Shown piece after piece: positions 1 to 12,743 of a DNA stretch of 64,000 nucleotides. Where the stretch lies: positions 92,504,001 to 92,568,000 of the forward strand of contig NC_043002.1 in assembly GCF_006345805.1 (NCBI RefSeq), in the 5' to 3' direction. The position numbers and the translations under genes are program-made. Position 1 is the stretch's first letter; every line of letters begins with the position of its first letter. Source of the stretch: Octopus sinensis (lineage: Eukaryota). The notes below the pieces were generated by a model. That model made no database searches, was not told where the DNA came from, and worked only from the letters and a program-made list of their open reading frames with translations.

Positions 1-750
1 CTGGATGATGAAATATCTTTCAGGCTGCAGAGAGCAACTGATTCCTTCCGGTTTCTTCAGTCTCGTGTCTTGTCTCAGTATGGTATCACAAAACAAGCAA
101 AAAATCGCTGTGTACCGTGCATGTGTACTGACATCGCTCCTTTACTCATATAAAACATGGACCCTTTACGAAGGTCATGTAAAGGTCTTTGAACGCTTTA
201 ATCAGAGATGTCTCAGACACATTCTGAATGTTGGCTGGACATTAAAAACTCCAGACACACAGGTCCTGAGGACAGCTGATATCTTGAGTATTGAGGCGAT
301 GGTGCACAAGCACCGGTTACGGTGGACTGGACACTGTTATACGGGGAACTTGTTAATAGAAAGAGACCCCGGCAGAAACCAAGGCTGCGATTTAAGGACT
401 GTGTCAAGTCCTCGTTATAGGCCTGTGATATTTGCAGGAGACTGACAAGGAGAGCAATGCATGTTACCACCACAGATGAGGGAAGCAGGTTAAGGAAGGG
501 GTCAGCACCTTTGAGAGAGCATGTATTCTGCATGAAGAACTTAAGGGTGCTGCTCGAAAGTGCACTGCTGGTGTAGTGAAAGGAGAACGCTTGGTTTGCA
601 ATGTTTGCAGTCGAGTATGTTTGTCAAGAGCAGGGCTCATTAGCCGCAAATGCAAAATAATAGTTAGTCCAAGAGCGCTCACTGTTCCTGAAGGTCTTAC
701 TCAGTCACGAATAGACGGTCTTACTCAGTCACGAATAGACGGCCATTCTG
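1..750 (+). mobile_element. RTE-clade LINE, 3' end (degenerate ORF C-terminus plus 3' terminal repeats)
   Basis: ORF 5-445 reads VYRACVLTSLLYSYKTW...RCLRHILNVGW...RLRWTGH, the typical RTE post-RT region. CNVCSRVCLSRAGLIS zinc-finger-like motif follows. The 3' motif TCTTACTCAGTCACGAATAGACGG is repeated and followed by (TATG)n. Confidence 0.85.
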
Positions 751-1100
751 TATGTATGTATGTATGTATGTATGTATGTATGTATGCATGCATGCATGCA
801 TGCATGTATGTATGCATGTATGTATGTATGTATGTATGTATGTATGTATGTATGTATGTATGCATGTATGTATGTATATATGCATGTATGTATGGTCTTA
901 CTCAGTCACGAATAGACGGCCATTCTGTATGTATGTATGTATGTATGTATGCATGCATGCATGTATGTATGTATGTATCTATGCATGTATGTATGTATGT
1001 ATGTATGTATGCATGTATGTATGTATGTATGTATATATGCATGTATGTATGTATGTATGTATGTATGTATGTATGTATGTATGTATGCATGCATGTGTGT
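750..1100. repeat. (TATG)n/(CATG) microsatellite with embedded second copy of the RTE 3' terminus
   Basis: Tetranucleotide array; GGTCTTACTCAGTCACGAATAGACGGCCATTC recurs at ~894-925. Confidence 0.95.
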
Positions 1101-1120
1101 ATGTATTATAGATGTAATCT

Positions 1121-1468
1121 GAAGGCGCATGGTTCAGCAGTTAGAGCGTCGGTTACACAATCATGAGATAGCGAATTCGATTCCCGGATCGGGCTGAGTT
1201 GTGTTCTTGAGCAAGATACTTTATTTCACGTTGCTCCAGAGTTCACTCGGCTGTAGAAATTAAATTCGACGTCGCTGGTGCCAAGCTCTATCGGCGTTTG
1301 CCTTTCCTTTTGACAACGTCGGTAGCGTGGGGGAAGGAAAGCTGGTATGCATGGGCGACTGCTGGTCTTCCATAAACAACCTTGCCCGGACTCGTGCCTC
1401 AGAGAGGAACTTTCTAGGTGCAATCCTATGGTCATTCATGACCGAAGGAGGTCTTTACCCTTTACCCT
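1121..1468 (+). mobile_element. tRNA-derived SINE (head type H2, tail type d)
   Basis: A-box-like TGGTTCAGCAG and B-box-like AATTCGATTCCC. Body TGTGTTCTTGAGCAAGATACTTTATTTCACGTTGCTCCAG is shared with 19217 and 60048. Ends in (TTTACCC)2. Confidence 0.75.
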
Positions 1469-1515
1469 AGACGTAATATTTAAATTATATATTAAGCATT
1501 TCATTGAATTATGTT

Positions 1516-1921
1516 GTGGCTGTGTGGTAAGTAGCTTGTCTACCAACCACATGGTTTCGGGTTCAGTCCCACTGCGTGGCACCTTGGGCAAGTGTCTTCT
1601 ACTATAGCCTCAGGCCGACCAAAGCCTTGTGAGTGGATTTGGTAGACGGAAACTGAAAAAAGCCCGTCGTATATATGTATATGTATATATATGCGTGTGT
1701 GTGTTTGTGTGTCTGTGTTTGTCCCTTAGCATTGCTTGACAACCGATGCTGGTGTGTTTATGTCCCCGTTACTTAGCGGTTCGGCAAAAGAGACCGATAG
1801 AATAAGTACTTGGTTTACAAAAGAATAAGTCCCGGGGTCGACTTGCTCGATTAAAGGCGGTGCTCCAGCATGGCCGCAGTCAAATGACTGAAACAAGTAA
1901 AAGAGTAAAAGAGTAAAAGAG
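1516..1921 (+). mobile_element. tRNA-derived SINE family S1 (octopod SINE; exact family name not assigned)
   Basis: GTGGCTGTGTGGTAAG...GGTTCAGTCCCAC head, internal (TA)n(TG)n, (GTAAAAGA)n tail; more than 15 copies in the window. Confidence 0.9.
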
Positions 1922-2535
1922 CGTGTTCCCTTGGTCTGTGGGAAAACTTATCTCACGTGAAATCGGCTCGTGGTACAAAAAGAATGATGGTGGCTGCGGC
2001 TATATAGTAAGAAGTTTGTCCCGCTTTCACTTCACATTATAGACAACTTCCGGTATTTAAAATACCCTACATATTGAAAGAAGAAAAAAAAATGAGATAG
2101 CTGCATAATAAACCGGAAGTATTGTTATACTTCGGTTATGCAGTGATTGGGGGGGGGTTAACGTGGTGTGTTTAAATATCCGAATCAATGTCAAGACTCA
2201 CTGAAATGTTGTTTATCATCTCTAATCGATCGCTCTTCTACTCCAGATATGTTTCAGTCCAATATATTCCTTGTTTGACCGGATCAAAACCGCCAACTGC
2301 GCTTATGATGACCTCAGTTAATTGTTTGATAAAACAGAATTAGACAAAAGCCTTTTTAACAACTTCAGTCCGACAAATAAAATAGGAACAGCAGGATTCC
2401 ATTCGTAAGAAGCTCAGTAACAGGGATATAATGTGTGTTTGTGTGTGTTTGTACGTGTGTGTGTGTGTGTGCGTGTATCTGTTTGCCTGTGTGCGTCTAT
2501 GTGTATATGTATGTGTTATATATATAATATATATA

Positions 2536-2578
<43 letters not shown>

Positions 2579-3216
2579 TACATACATACATATATATAAT
2601 ATATTATATATATATATATATATATACATACATATATATATATATATATTATATATATATATATTATATATATATATATATATATTATATTATATATATA
2701 TGGACGCATGTATACACACACAACACACACACACACGTACACACGCTTGCCTCATATAACGATGTTCTAAGATGTGACTTTCTTTATTACTCCGTAGGAC
2801 ACCAGAAACAGAAATTAAAAATCAATGACGCCTCGTAAAATGTTGTAACTGCGTTCAGCCTGGCATCATACTGAATGTTAACACGGATTTGCTTAAGTAC
2901 TTTGTACTAGCCAAGACACTCATGCGTGTGTGTATATATCTATATATATATATATAATAATATATATATATATATATTACACGCAATGTATGTATATGCA
3001 TGTGTGTATGTAGGCATGTACATGTGTACACATAGTGTGTGTGAGTGTATGTTTTTACGTGTACGGCTTTTTAAGTATCGTGTCTTAAAATATGTATAAC
3101 AGTTGTATATAAATAAATGTTTGTAATAATGTGTACGTATGTTTGTATGTATGCATGTGTGTGTCTGTGCGTATATCTCTGTATTTATGTGCGTAAGCAC
3201 ATGGATGCGTTTGTAG

Positions 3217-3283
<67 letters not shown>

Positions 3284-3665
3284 AGTGAGGAATGCTGCCA
3301 TAATAGAGTGTGTTTAAGAATGTTTATGTCAATCGTTGTTGAGCTAATCAAGTTACCTCTCCGTGGACAAATATTAACGTCACGGCACACGTGAGTAGCA
3401 TTAGCCAATTGTTTCTTACAAAGCTCTCATTGCTTCTACTCTGTGTGTTTATGAATCAGATTGTGTTGTGGTAAATGTGTAAACAAGTGCCTTAGCAACC
3501 GTAAACTAAGCAGCAAAAGAAAGAACAGCTTGTTCGAACGTGAAAACACAGTCAGCTAGCAACGTGTTGGAGATATTTCTGCAAATATGGATTTTCTGTG
3601 CGCTCGTTCACCTTTATAGGCAGAATGTTTGCAGTTAAACGTATGGGACTACGTCATACATTGTA

Positions 3666-3705
<40 letters not shown>

Positions 3706-4902
3706 CACACACAGACGCACACATACACGCATATACATACACAAACACAAATACATATACATATGCATGTGTATATACATACACACACATATATATATAA
3801 ATAAATGTACATATGCATAAATGCATACATGTATGCATATATATATGTATAAAAGTACATATATGTATGTATGCGTGCATATATATGTGTGTGTATATAT
3901 ATATATATATGGACGCATGTATACACACACACACGTACACACGCTTGCCTCATATAACGATATATATATATATACACACACATGTTATATATATGTAGAT
4001 ATATATGTATTTATTAAGTATATAATATATGTATACACATTATATATACGTAGATATATAAATATGTATTTATCATGTATACAATATATATATACACACT
4101 GCGCATGTATGTTTTGCCTATGTATCATAATGTTATAGTATATACATACATACATACATACATACATATATGTATGTATGTACACATGCATATATACATA
4201 CATGCATATATCTTTATACTTATATAAAGTAGAATTTTCATAACTGGGCAGTTGTGTATGTATGTATGTATGTATGTATGAATGTATGTGTGTCTGTGCA
4301 TGTGTGTGTGTTTGCACGCGCTTACATGTGTGTATGCGTGCGCGTGTGTGTACTATACAACTTTCTAGAAAAGCATGCGTTTGCAGTGTCTAAGCTCGGT
4401 AAAGAGGAGAAAAATCAAGCAAAAAAAAATTAAAGAAAGAAAGAAAATTAAGGCTGAAGCAAAAATAAAACAACAAAAATATTGCTTGATAATAAAAAAA
4501 AAAAAAACAACCATATAAGCAAACAACAATAACACAGACAACAAGCTAGTCACGTGTGCAAAAGCTGAGCCTCGATGTGGTTTTTTTGTTGTTGTTTGTC
4601 TTTAGAAGTCTGAAGACTATAATAGAGAAACACGAGCGATACTGAAAAGTAAAGAGGAGAGGAAAGAGGAAAAAATATGGAACAGCAACAATAGATATGG
4701 CATTGGTACGGAGGACAATTACAATAGATCACGTGAAAGTGTGTTTAGTATGTCTGTATATATGCTGTGTGTGTGAGTGTGTGTGTGTGTACGTACACAT
4801 ATGCATATAGACATACCTATGTATATACATGCGTCTATATTCATATGTATATATATATATATATGTGTGTGTGTGTATACATGTATATATATATATGTGT
4901 AT

Positions 4903-4935
<33 letters not shown>

Positions 4936-5254
4936 ATATACATGTATATATATATAATGTGTATATACATGTATATATATATGTGTATATACATGTATAT
5001 ATATAATATATATATTATATAGATATTATATATGATATATATGTACGTATATATATATATTAAGATACATAGATAGATAGAGAGAGGATAGATAGATAGA
5101 TAGATAGATAGAGATAGATAGATAGCTAAAAGACAGACAGACAAATTGATACATACATACATACATACATACATACATACATACATACATACATACATAC
5201 ATACATACATACATACATACATACATACGTACGTACGTACGTACATACATATAG

Positions 5255-5651
5255 TCTTTACTCACTTTTACTCTTTTACTTGTTCTCAGTCATTTGACTG
5301 TGACCATGCTGGAGCACCGTCTTTAGTCGAGCAAATCGACCCCAGGACTCATTCTTTGTAAGCTTAGTACTTATTCTATCGGTTTCTTTTGCTGAACCGC
5401 TAAGTTACGGGGACGTAAACCCACCAGCATCGGTTATCAAGCAATGATGGGGGGACAAACACAGACACATAAATACACACACACACACTCACACACACAT
5501 ATATATATATATACACATATATACGACGGGCTTCTTTCAGTTTCCGTCCACCAAATCCACTCACAAGTCTTTGGTCGGCCCGATCTATAGTAGAAGATAC
5601 TTGCCCAAGTTGCCACGCAGTGGGACTGAACCTGGAACCATGTGGTTGGTA
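5255..5651 (-). mobile_element. SINE S1 copy (head truncated)
   Basis: Reverse complement of the S1 body and tail. Confidence 0.88.
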
Positions 5652-5669
5652 TACACACGTATATGTATG

Positions 5670-5766
<97 letters not shown>

Positions 5767-6187
5767 GTAGTTTATGTACAGTAGCAATACCAGGAGATAC
5801 AACACCAACAGGAGACCTCTACGTAGTTACTGTAACTGCTAGGAAAAACAGACAGATCTCCCTCGTAGATACACTGTCAGAAAAAGAAAAGAAGATACGG
5901 TCACGTTTAGAATGTTATTCTGAATATGAGTTTGTTTAGTCAAAGCAGACGTGTGGTTAAACAGCTTCAACTACGAGTCGACAAGGAAGGCTTTTATATG
6001 GTCACTAAGATTGCCAGAGACAGCAGCCAGTTCCCTCTCAAATCAAACTTTATTCCTCAAAGAAGGAAGAATACATTGGATAATGCTGTGCTAGATGTGT
6101 TAAGTTTGAAAAAAGATGTCAGTGTCTCAGTAATAATGCATCTTTTCTTAGGTCTATGCAATGAGGATAAGGCTGTGGTTAAACTAG

Positions 6188-6420
6188 CCAGGCTCATGAG
6201 CCCGGTTTTCCGGTTTCTGTGGCGTATGTGTTCCCCCCCAGCTGAGAGAAAGTTGTGGCGAAAGAGTACAACAGGGATCGCCACCACCCCCTGCCGGAGA
6301 TCGTGGAGCTTTTAGATGTTTTCGCTCAATAAACACACACAACGCCCGGTCTGGGAATCGAAACCACGATCCTCCGACCACGAGTCCGCTGCCCTAACCA
6401 CTGAGCCATTGCGCCTCCAC
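6188..6420 (-). mobile_element. SINE, head H1 with tail c
   Basis: Reverse complement reads GTGGAGGCGCAATGGCTCAGTGGTTAGGGCAGCGGAC..., ending in GAAACCGGAAAACCGGGCTCATGAG. Confidence 0.85.
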
Positions 6421-7127
6421 TAAACTACTATTACTGTTGATATTATTGATTACATCGAGATCAGTACTTATTTTATCGATCTTGAAAGCATGGAAGGCAA
6501 AGTCGATCTCAAACTCATAACGTGTAGCCGGAAGAAATGCAGCTAAGCATTTTGTCCGACCTGCTAACGATTCTACCATCTCACTAACTTTAATCCTAAT
6601 AATATGACGTCTAACATCAATGAAGATTAGCAAAACTTCATGTACAGATGGAATATTTTGCGAGCGTGTTAAGTACGGGGGGTAGATCATAGAGACAGCG
6701 CTAAATAATCTACGTAACACGATCTATCGTGTTGAGAAAATACCGGAAGAGTGAAAAAAAAAGCGGCCATTTTGAAACTATAATGGGATCTTAGTGATTT
6801 TTCAAACCAATTGCAACGGCCAGTAAGTTGCTTTTAACATTATGAGAGAGAAAGAGAGACAATTGATGTAATTTTAATAAGCCAGCAACCTGCATTCGTA
6901 GAAAGCGATCATACACAGGACGTTGCGACGCATAACTGAAGATAGCATTGAATACAAATCAACTTTGTTAACGTCCAGAAGTTTTAAACAGTTGGAACCG
7001 GAATGTGATGAGAAAAATCGTCTGAAAGTACAGAAAAACCAAAAATGATAGCAAGTATAGTGGAAGTATTATTACATAGAGATTGTAATTGCTTTGGATA
7101 TGTTCATTAGAGATTGGCAGAGTATTT

Positions 7128-7562
7128 GGATCTTTTCGGTTTGAACGGCAGTTTTTTCTAGCTGTGTCATATGAAATTGTCAGCCATAATTATGACCCTA
7201 GTATCGATCTATTGCATTTCAATCTATTTTAGGGTTAGGGTTAGAGTTAGGGTTAGGGTAAGGGGTGGGGGGAAGGGTATATTTTTTTCTTCACAAATGT
7301 AAATAAACCCAATCTGTTTCTTAAACGAGAGACATATTCATACGGCACAGAATGTTTTTACCTCAATAGACGTCACTGATTGGTTGAAATTGCAGAAATT
7401 GAAGAAAAAAAAACAACAAATATCTTACAAACCATAGAATTTTCTCAATAAAGCCAAGAGAAAAAGATGTTTTATAAAGACATTCTACCAGTATACGAAG
7501 TTTAAATTTTTTTAGTTACCTAGAAATTAAGTTAAAAACTGCCGTTCAAATCGAAAAGATCC
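7128..7562 (+). mobile_element. Non-autonomous TIR element (MITE) with internal (TTAGGG)n
   Basis: TIR GGATCTTTTCGGTTTGAACGGCAGTTTT / AAAACTGCCGTTCAAATCGAAAAGATCC. 8-bp TSD GAGTATTT at 7120-7127 and 7563-7570. TTAGGG tract at ~7229-7277. Confidence 0.93.
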
Positions 7563-8095
7563 GAGTATTTCACTATTGAAACTGATGTAAATGAATATCG
7601 TCAGGAAGTACAGAATATCTGAAATGCGAGTAAACATAATAAAAGGAGTACATAAAAGTACTAATTATTGTGGATATGTTTTTGATGGAGTGATAGGCTA
7701 TTTTGCTGTTGAAACTGGTGTTAGGGGACGCCTTATCCAGTCTTTCAATTCTTCTACAGTTATAAATGTTGGACTGAAGCAATATAATGCAGAAAGACTC
7801 GCAAACGTATGGGACAATGATAAAATACAACATATTTTGGATTTTAACCGATGATGTTCGAGATATCGTTCTTTCCATTTTGTTTCTTCAACGAAGACTA
7901 ATGCCGTAGCACCGAAGTACTGATACTTATTTAGCACACTTCATTGGGCACTTTTGTGAAGTATACATTGATTAAGACGAGTTAAGGTATATTATGTGCA
8001 TGTATATCTTTATACAAATTAACGTATATTCTATGTGTGTGTATGATAGATCGTTAGCCACTACACACATTTTCTCTCCTTGTTTTCTCTGTGTC

Positions 8096-8133
8096 CCTTT
8101 CTGTAGAAGAGCGTAGGCTCGAAACGTAAAAGA
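8096..8133 (+). ncRNA. Minimal type I hammerhead-like motif, family A (core variant CUGUAGA)
   Basis: CTTT-CTGTAGA-A-GAGC(GTAG)GCTC-GAAAC-GTA-AAAG: stem I, stem II and palindromic ACGT stem III. Confidence 0.55.
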
Positions 8134-8615
8134 CTTTTTTAATTCCTGAGCGTTATACTAATACATCTTTTCGGGGTCGATTAAATAAGTACCAGTTACG
8201 CACTGAGGTCGAGATATATACACATACATACATACAAACATACATACATACATACATACATACATACATACATACATACATACATACATACATACATACA
8301 TACATACATACATACGTACATACATACATACATACACATACATAAGTAAGGATATTATTATTAAATAATAATAATATAAGTGGCTAGCAAGCATAAAAAA
8401 CACAAAGGTAAATTTATAAATTTATAATCAAGGGTGCAAGATAATACCAGCGTTGCTAGAAATAAGAGTCGAAAAATACTGATATTGTCTTGTACCCTTG
8501 ATTATATATGTATATATATATATATATAGTGGAAATTTATAGAAAAATAAATGACGAAGACAGGTGTATGAACAATAAGCAGGTGCATTAGTTTGACGCT
8601 CGAGAAAACGAAAAA

Positions 8616-8654
8616 GTATTTTATGTTTCGAGCCTATGCTCTTCAACAGAAAGG
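8616..8654 (-). ncRNA. Minimal hammerhead-like motif, family A (degenerate)
   Basis: Reverse complement CCTTT-CTGTTGA-A-GAGC(ATAG)GCTC-GAAAC-ATA-AAATAC; host element ~8530-8700 ends in (TA)n. Confidence 0.45.
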
Positions 8655-8743
8655 AATAAGAGAAAATAAACAGAGAGAATTAAAGAAAAACGTGTAGATT
8701 TAGCGGTCAAGCATGGTGAATGTATATATATAAAGTGGATATT

Positions 8744-8777
<34 letters not shown>

Positions 8778-9267
8778 ATTATATGTGTATATATACATAC
8801 ATACATATATACATATACATATACACACATATCTACGTACATACATACATACATACATACATACATACAAACGTATATACATACATACATGCATACATAC
8901 ATACATACATACATACATACATACATACATACATACATACATACATACATACATAGCTCCCTGTCTCTGTCGATGTTGAGTTGAATGCATACACACTGTT
9001 ATCATAGAATCAGAAAGAAACTGTCATTTCTATTAAAATAGTGTGAAAAATATTTTGTGCTCAGATCTTTATTTTTAAACATGAATAAATAACACATTCA
9101 CAATCCTAAAATGTTATCTAGACTTCACTAAATGTTACTAAATGTTAGTAAATGTCACTAAATCAAAATAGACAACTTCAAATTTAGACACTAACGTATA
9201 GATGCATCCATACATGTTTACATACATGCACACACATATTTATACATACGTTCACACATACACACGC

Positions 9268-9336
<69 letters not shown>

Positions 9337-9462
9337 GAGAGAGGTAGAGAGGGAGTCATCTACATATACACAGACATTCGTCTAGACACACATTCAAGCA
9401 CACATGGACAACTTAATCTACAAACAGCGACACGCACGGCTGCACACCTACACACACAAATA

Positions 9463-9501
<39 letters not shown>

Positions 9502-9856
9502 AAACAAACACACAAATATGAATACGCACACAAACGCACACACACACTCAATAAACATAGCTAACACACAAACACTCAGATATTCTAATTACACACTCCC
9601 AGGCACTCACCCACATACATAGACACGCATAGTTACACATCCACATACACACGCACACACATACACATTCAATCATTCATCTATACACACTCTCATACAC
9701 AAACACATTCATCTTCAAACGCACCCCCACAGAAACTCTCACATACACACACAAACAAACACCTCTTTTTGATTTATGATTTAATCAGAGGATGATCATA
9801 ACTATTTTCATGGTACCTAAAGACTGGTTGAGAAAGGGATACGAAGTTAATATTCT

Positions 9857-10339
9857 TTTCTACTCTAGGCACAAGGCCAGAAAATTTGTGGGAGGGGACA
9901 AAACGATTAGATCGACTCCAGTACGCAACTGGTCCTTAATTTATCGACCCCGAAAGGATGAAAAGCAAAGTCGACCATAGAGGAATTTGAACTCAGAACA
10001 TGAAGACAGACGAAATACCAATTTCTTTACTAACCACAAGGGGCTAAACACAGAGAGGACAAACAAGGACAGACAAACGGATTAAGTCGATTATATCGAC
10101 CCCAGTGTGTAACTGGTACTTATTTAATCGACCCCGAAAGGATGAAAGGCAAAGTCGACCTCGGCGGAATTTGAACTCAGAACGTAGCGGCAGACGAAAT
10201 ACCTATTTTTTTTTACTAACCACAGGGGGCTAAACACAAAGAGGACAAGCAAGGACAAACAAACGGATTAAGTCGATTATATCGACCCCGGTGCGTAACT
10301 GGTACTTATTTAAACGACCCCGAAAAGATGAAAGGCAAA
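9857..10339 (-). mobile_element. SINE family S2, three tandem modules
   Basis: The GAAAGGATGAAAGGCAAAGTCGACCTCGGCGGAATTTGAACTCAGAAC module is repeated three times head-to-tail (degenerate in the first, truncated in the third). Confidence 0.85.
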
Positions 10340-10641
10340 GTCGACCTCGGCGGAATTTCCACTTATTTCTTATTTTTAAATGGAGCTGTCGGGTTTTTTA
10401 GACAGCAGAACGCGGTGTTTCTCAGTGTCTTGCTAGCTTGGTTAAAGCTTATTATATTTCGTTTTTGAATTTGGTTTGCAAGATTCTTTATACACTTAAA
10501 AATAAGAAGTAAGTGGAAATTCTACCGGTGAGTGTGTTATATTTATAAATCGCAAAAAGAAAATGACTCTCCCCAGACACAACAGAATATGCTTATATAT
10601 AAAGAATCTTGCAAACCAATCCCAAAACGAAATATATATAG

Positions 10642-10672
<31 letters not shown>

Positions 10673-10849
10673 TTTGATCACTTGACCGACCAGTCCGTCA
10701 GGCGTCCATTTGACACCGCTGGTCACAGCACGCTGTCCACTCCTCTCTGGATCGCGCCTTTCTCGTCCACGTGATCCCAATCGTCCTCCTGAAATCGTAA
10801 CTCCACCGTTATGGAGGTCTTCCGGGTGCTCTTTTCCGCTCACGCGGAA

Positions 10850-11077
10850 GGGAAAACGTGTCCGAGTCTACAATAGGCAAGCTGCAGGAAGCCATCATGC
10901 AGGAAGACTGGTGCCAAGGAGACGACATAGACGATGACTACAACTCACTAATAGGGAAACTGAAGGAGTGTTTAAGGAAGGCTAAGGGTGTATGCCCAAG
11001 AGAAAAGAAGGGAAGAATCTCGGAAGAAACTAAGAAGTTACTCGAGAAGAGGAAAAATATGAAGAGGACTATTGAAG
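10850..11077 (+). mobile_element. RTE-clade LINE fragment (endonuclease-RT linker)
   Basis: DWCQGDDIDDDYNSLIGKLKECLRKAKG...RISEETKKLLEKRKNMK resembles the RTE-1-type linker region. Confidence 0.65.
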
Positions 11078-11092
11078 ATATATATATATATA

Positions 11093-11513
11093 TTCTTCGA
11101 GGAGTGTTGTTTAATTTTCTTTGGTATGTGTTCAGCCTTGAGGTGCGGACATACGCGCAGGTCGTTGTAGGATCGGCTGCTTGCGGCTAGCCAGCGCGGA
11201 CGCGCAGATGCGCAAGTGCGCGCCCCGGGACCGCTGTTCGCTTCTTGTACCGTTAATCTCCTTGTCCTGTCTTTTACTGTTTTTATTTGTATTGTTTTTA
11301 CTGTCTTGGTTTGTTTTTACTGTCCTGTTCTTGTTACCAGTTTTACCCCTCCGCAAAAAATCCCAAATTTTATTTAATTTGCTTTGCGGGAAGGACTGTT
11401 TCAACGAAGTCGTGCCTTGCCGTTACCTTCGAAACACGGAGTAGACGAAGCAGGGGCAGCTGAAGAAGGGGAATATTCCTTGTGTTGTTTGTCTTGTACT
11501 CTGTTTTTTCGTT
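11093..11513 (+). repeat. Unclassified interspersed repeat (second copy at 28929-29262, minus strand)
   Basis: Shares CCTCCGCAAAAAATCYCAAATTTTATTTAATTTGCTTTGCGGGAAGGAC...CTGAAGAAGGGGAA with the reverse complement of 28929-29262; runs into the assembly gap. Confidence 0.8.
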
Positions 11514-11613
11514 NNNNNNNNNNNNNNNNNNNNNNNNNNNNNNNNNNNNNNNNNNNNNNNNNNNNNNNNNNNNNNNNNNNNNNNNNNNNNNNNNNNNNNN
11601 NNNNNNNNNNNNN
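11514..11613. other. Assembly gap (100 N)
   Basis: Run of N. Confidence 1.
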
Positions 11614-11749
11614 GAGAGAGAGAAGAGAGAGAGGAAAAGATGAAAAGATGTATATCTTTATTATCATGGCTCTAATATACTCTTAAATCCTGTAAAACAA
11701 ATCTTTCTGTATATAGCCACCTCGTGTGTTTACCCACTAAATATATATA

Positions 11750-11782
<33 letters not shown>

Positions 11783-11824
11783 GTGTGTGGGGGGGTGTAT
11801 ACATATATATATATATATATATAT

Positions 11825-12227
11825 AGGCGCAGGAGTGGCTGTGTGGTAAGTAGCTTGCTAACCAACCACATGGTTCCGGGTTCAGTCCCACTGCGTGGCA
11901 TCTTGGGCAAGTGTCTTCTGCTATAGCCCCAGGCCGACCAATGCCTTGTGAGTGGATTTGGTAGACGGAAACTGAAAGAAGCCTGTCGTATATATGTATA
12001 TATATATATGTGTGTGTTTGTGTGTCTGTGTTTGTCCCCCTAGCATTGCTTGACAACCGATGCTGGTGTGTTTACGTCCCCGTAACTTAGCGGTTCGGCA
12101 AAAAGAGACCGATAGAATAAGTACTAGGCTTACAAAGAATAAGTCCCGGGGTCGATTTGATCGACTAAAGGCGGTGCTCCAGCATGACCGCAGTCAAATG
12201 ACTGAAACAAGTAAAAGAGTAAAAGAG
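11825..12227 (+). mobile_element. SINE S1, full length
   Basis: AGGCGCAGGAGTGGCTGTGTGG start through GTAAAAGAG tail. Confidence 0.92.
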
Positions 12228-12743
12228 AATATACTCATACACACACACACACATAAATATATATAGCTAATTCTGTCTCACAACACCACGCAAAACAGTT
12301 ATAGTAAACACCATTTAACTCTAGTCAATATATCGAGAATGCCTCACACATCCCAACTGATCACTACTGCCAGCATCAGACTCAGTAACACTCACACCAT
12401 CATCACTACAATAAGTCAAAACTACCTCAAATCACACCCATCCTGACGTCTTAAAACAAAAAAAAGGTGGTGTAGTTCTAGATGCACTGAGTTTAAATTT
12501 GAATAGTCTTGGATGAAAATTGCTATCTTTATCGTTCTGCTGGATCAGAATTGAGCTGGAGTTCATACAGATCTGCGTGAAATTGACCAAGAAGGCTGAA
12601 AGTGTAAAGATTAAAAATTCTGAATTCTTTTCACATGGCTAATAATTGTATACACTTCACTCAATGTGAAGTCTTGGATTTTGCATCATGTAAAACAGCC
12701 ACCAACTATATTTCTTATTATTGTTAGTTGTAGTGATAGTATT

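Noticed and set aside
576-1166. Long MYVC/HTYI-repeat ORFs here and throughout the window
   Set aside because: Translations of (TATG)n, (TA)n and (CA)n microsatellites.
4608-4640. CTGAAGA-CTA(TAA)TAG-A-GAAAC hammerhead-like string
   Set aside because: No UH cleavage triplet and no stem I partner.
7591-7878. Overlapping 87-aa and 101-aa ORFs with complex sequence
   Set aside because: No recognisable domain or splice context; cannot be supported as a CDS.
11380-11480. Hammerhead in the 11093/28929 repeat (GAAACACGGAGTA ... CTGAAGA)
   Set aside because: Stem I cannot form (G opposite G), and no GAAA follows the putative stem II.
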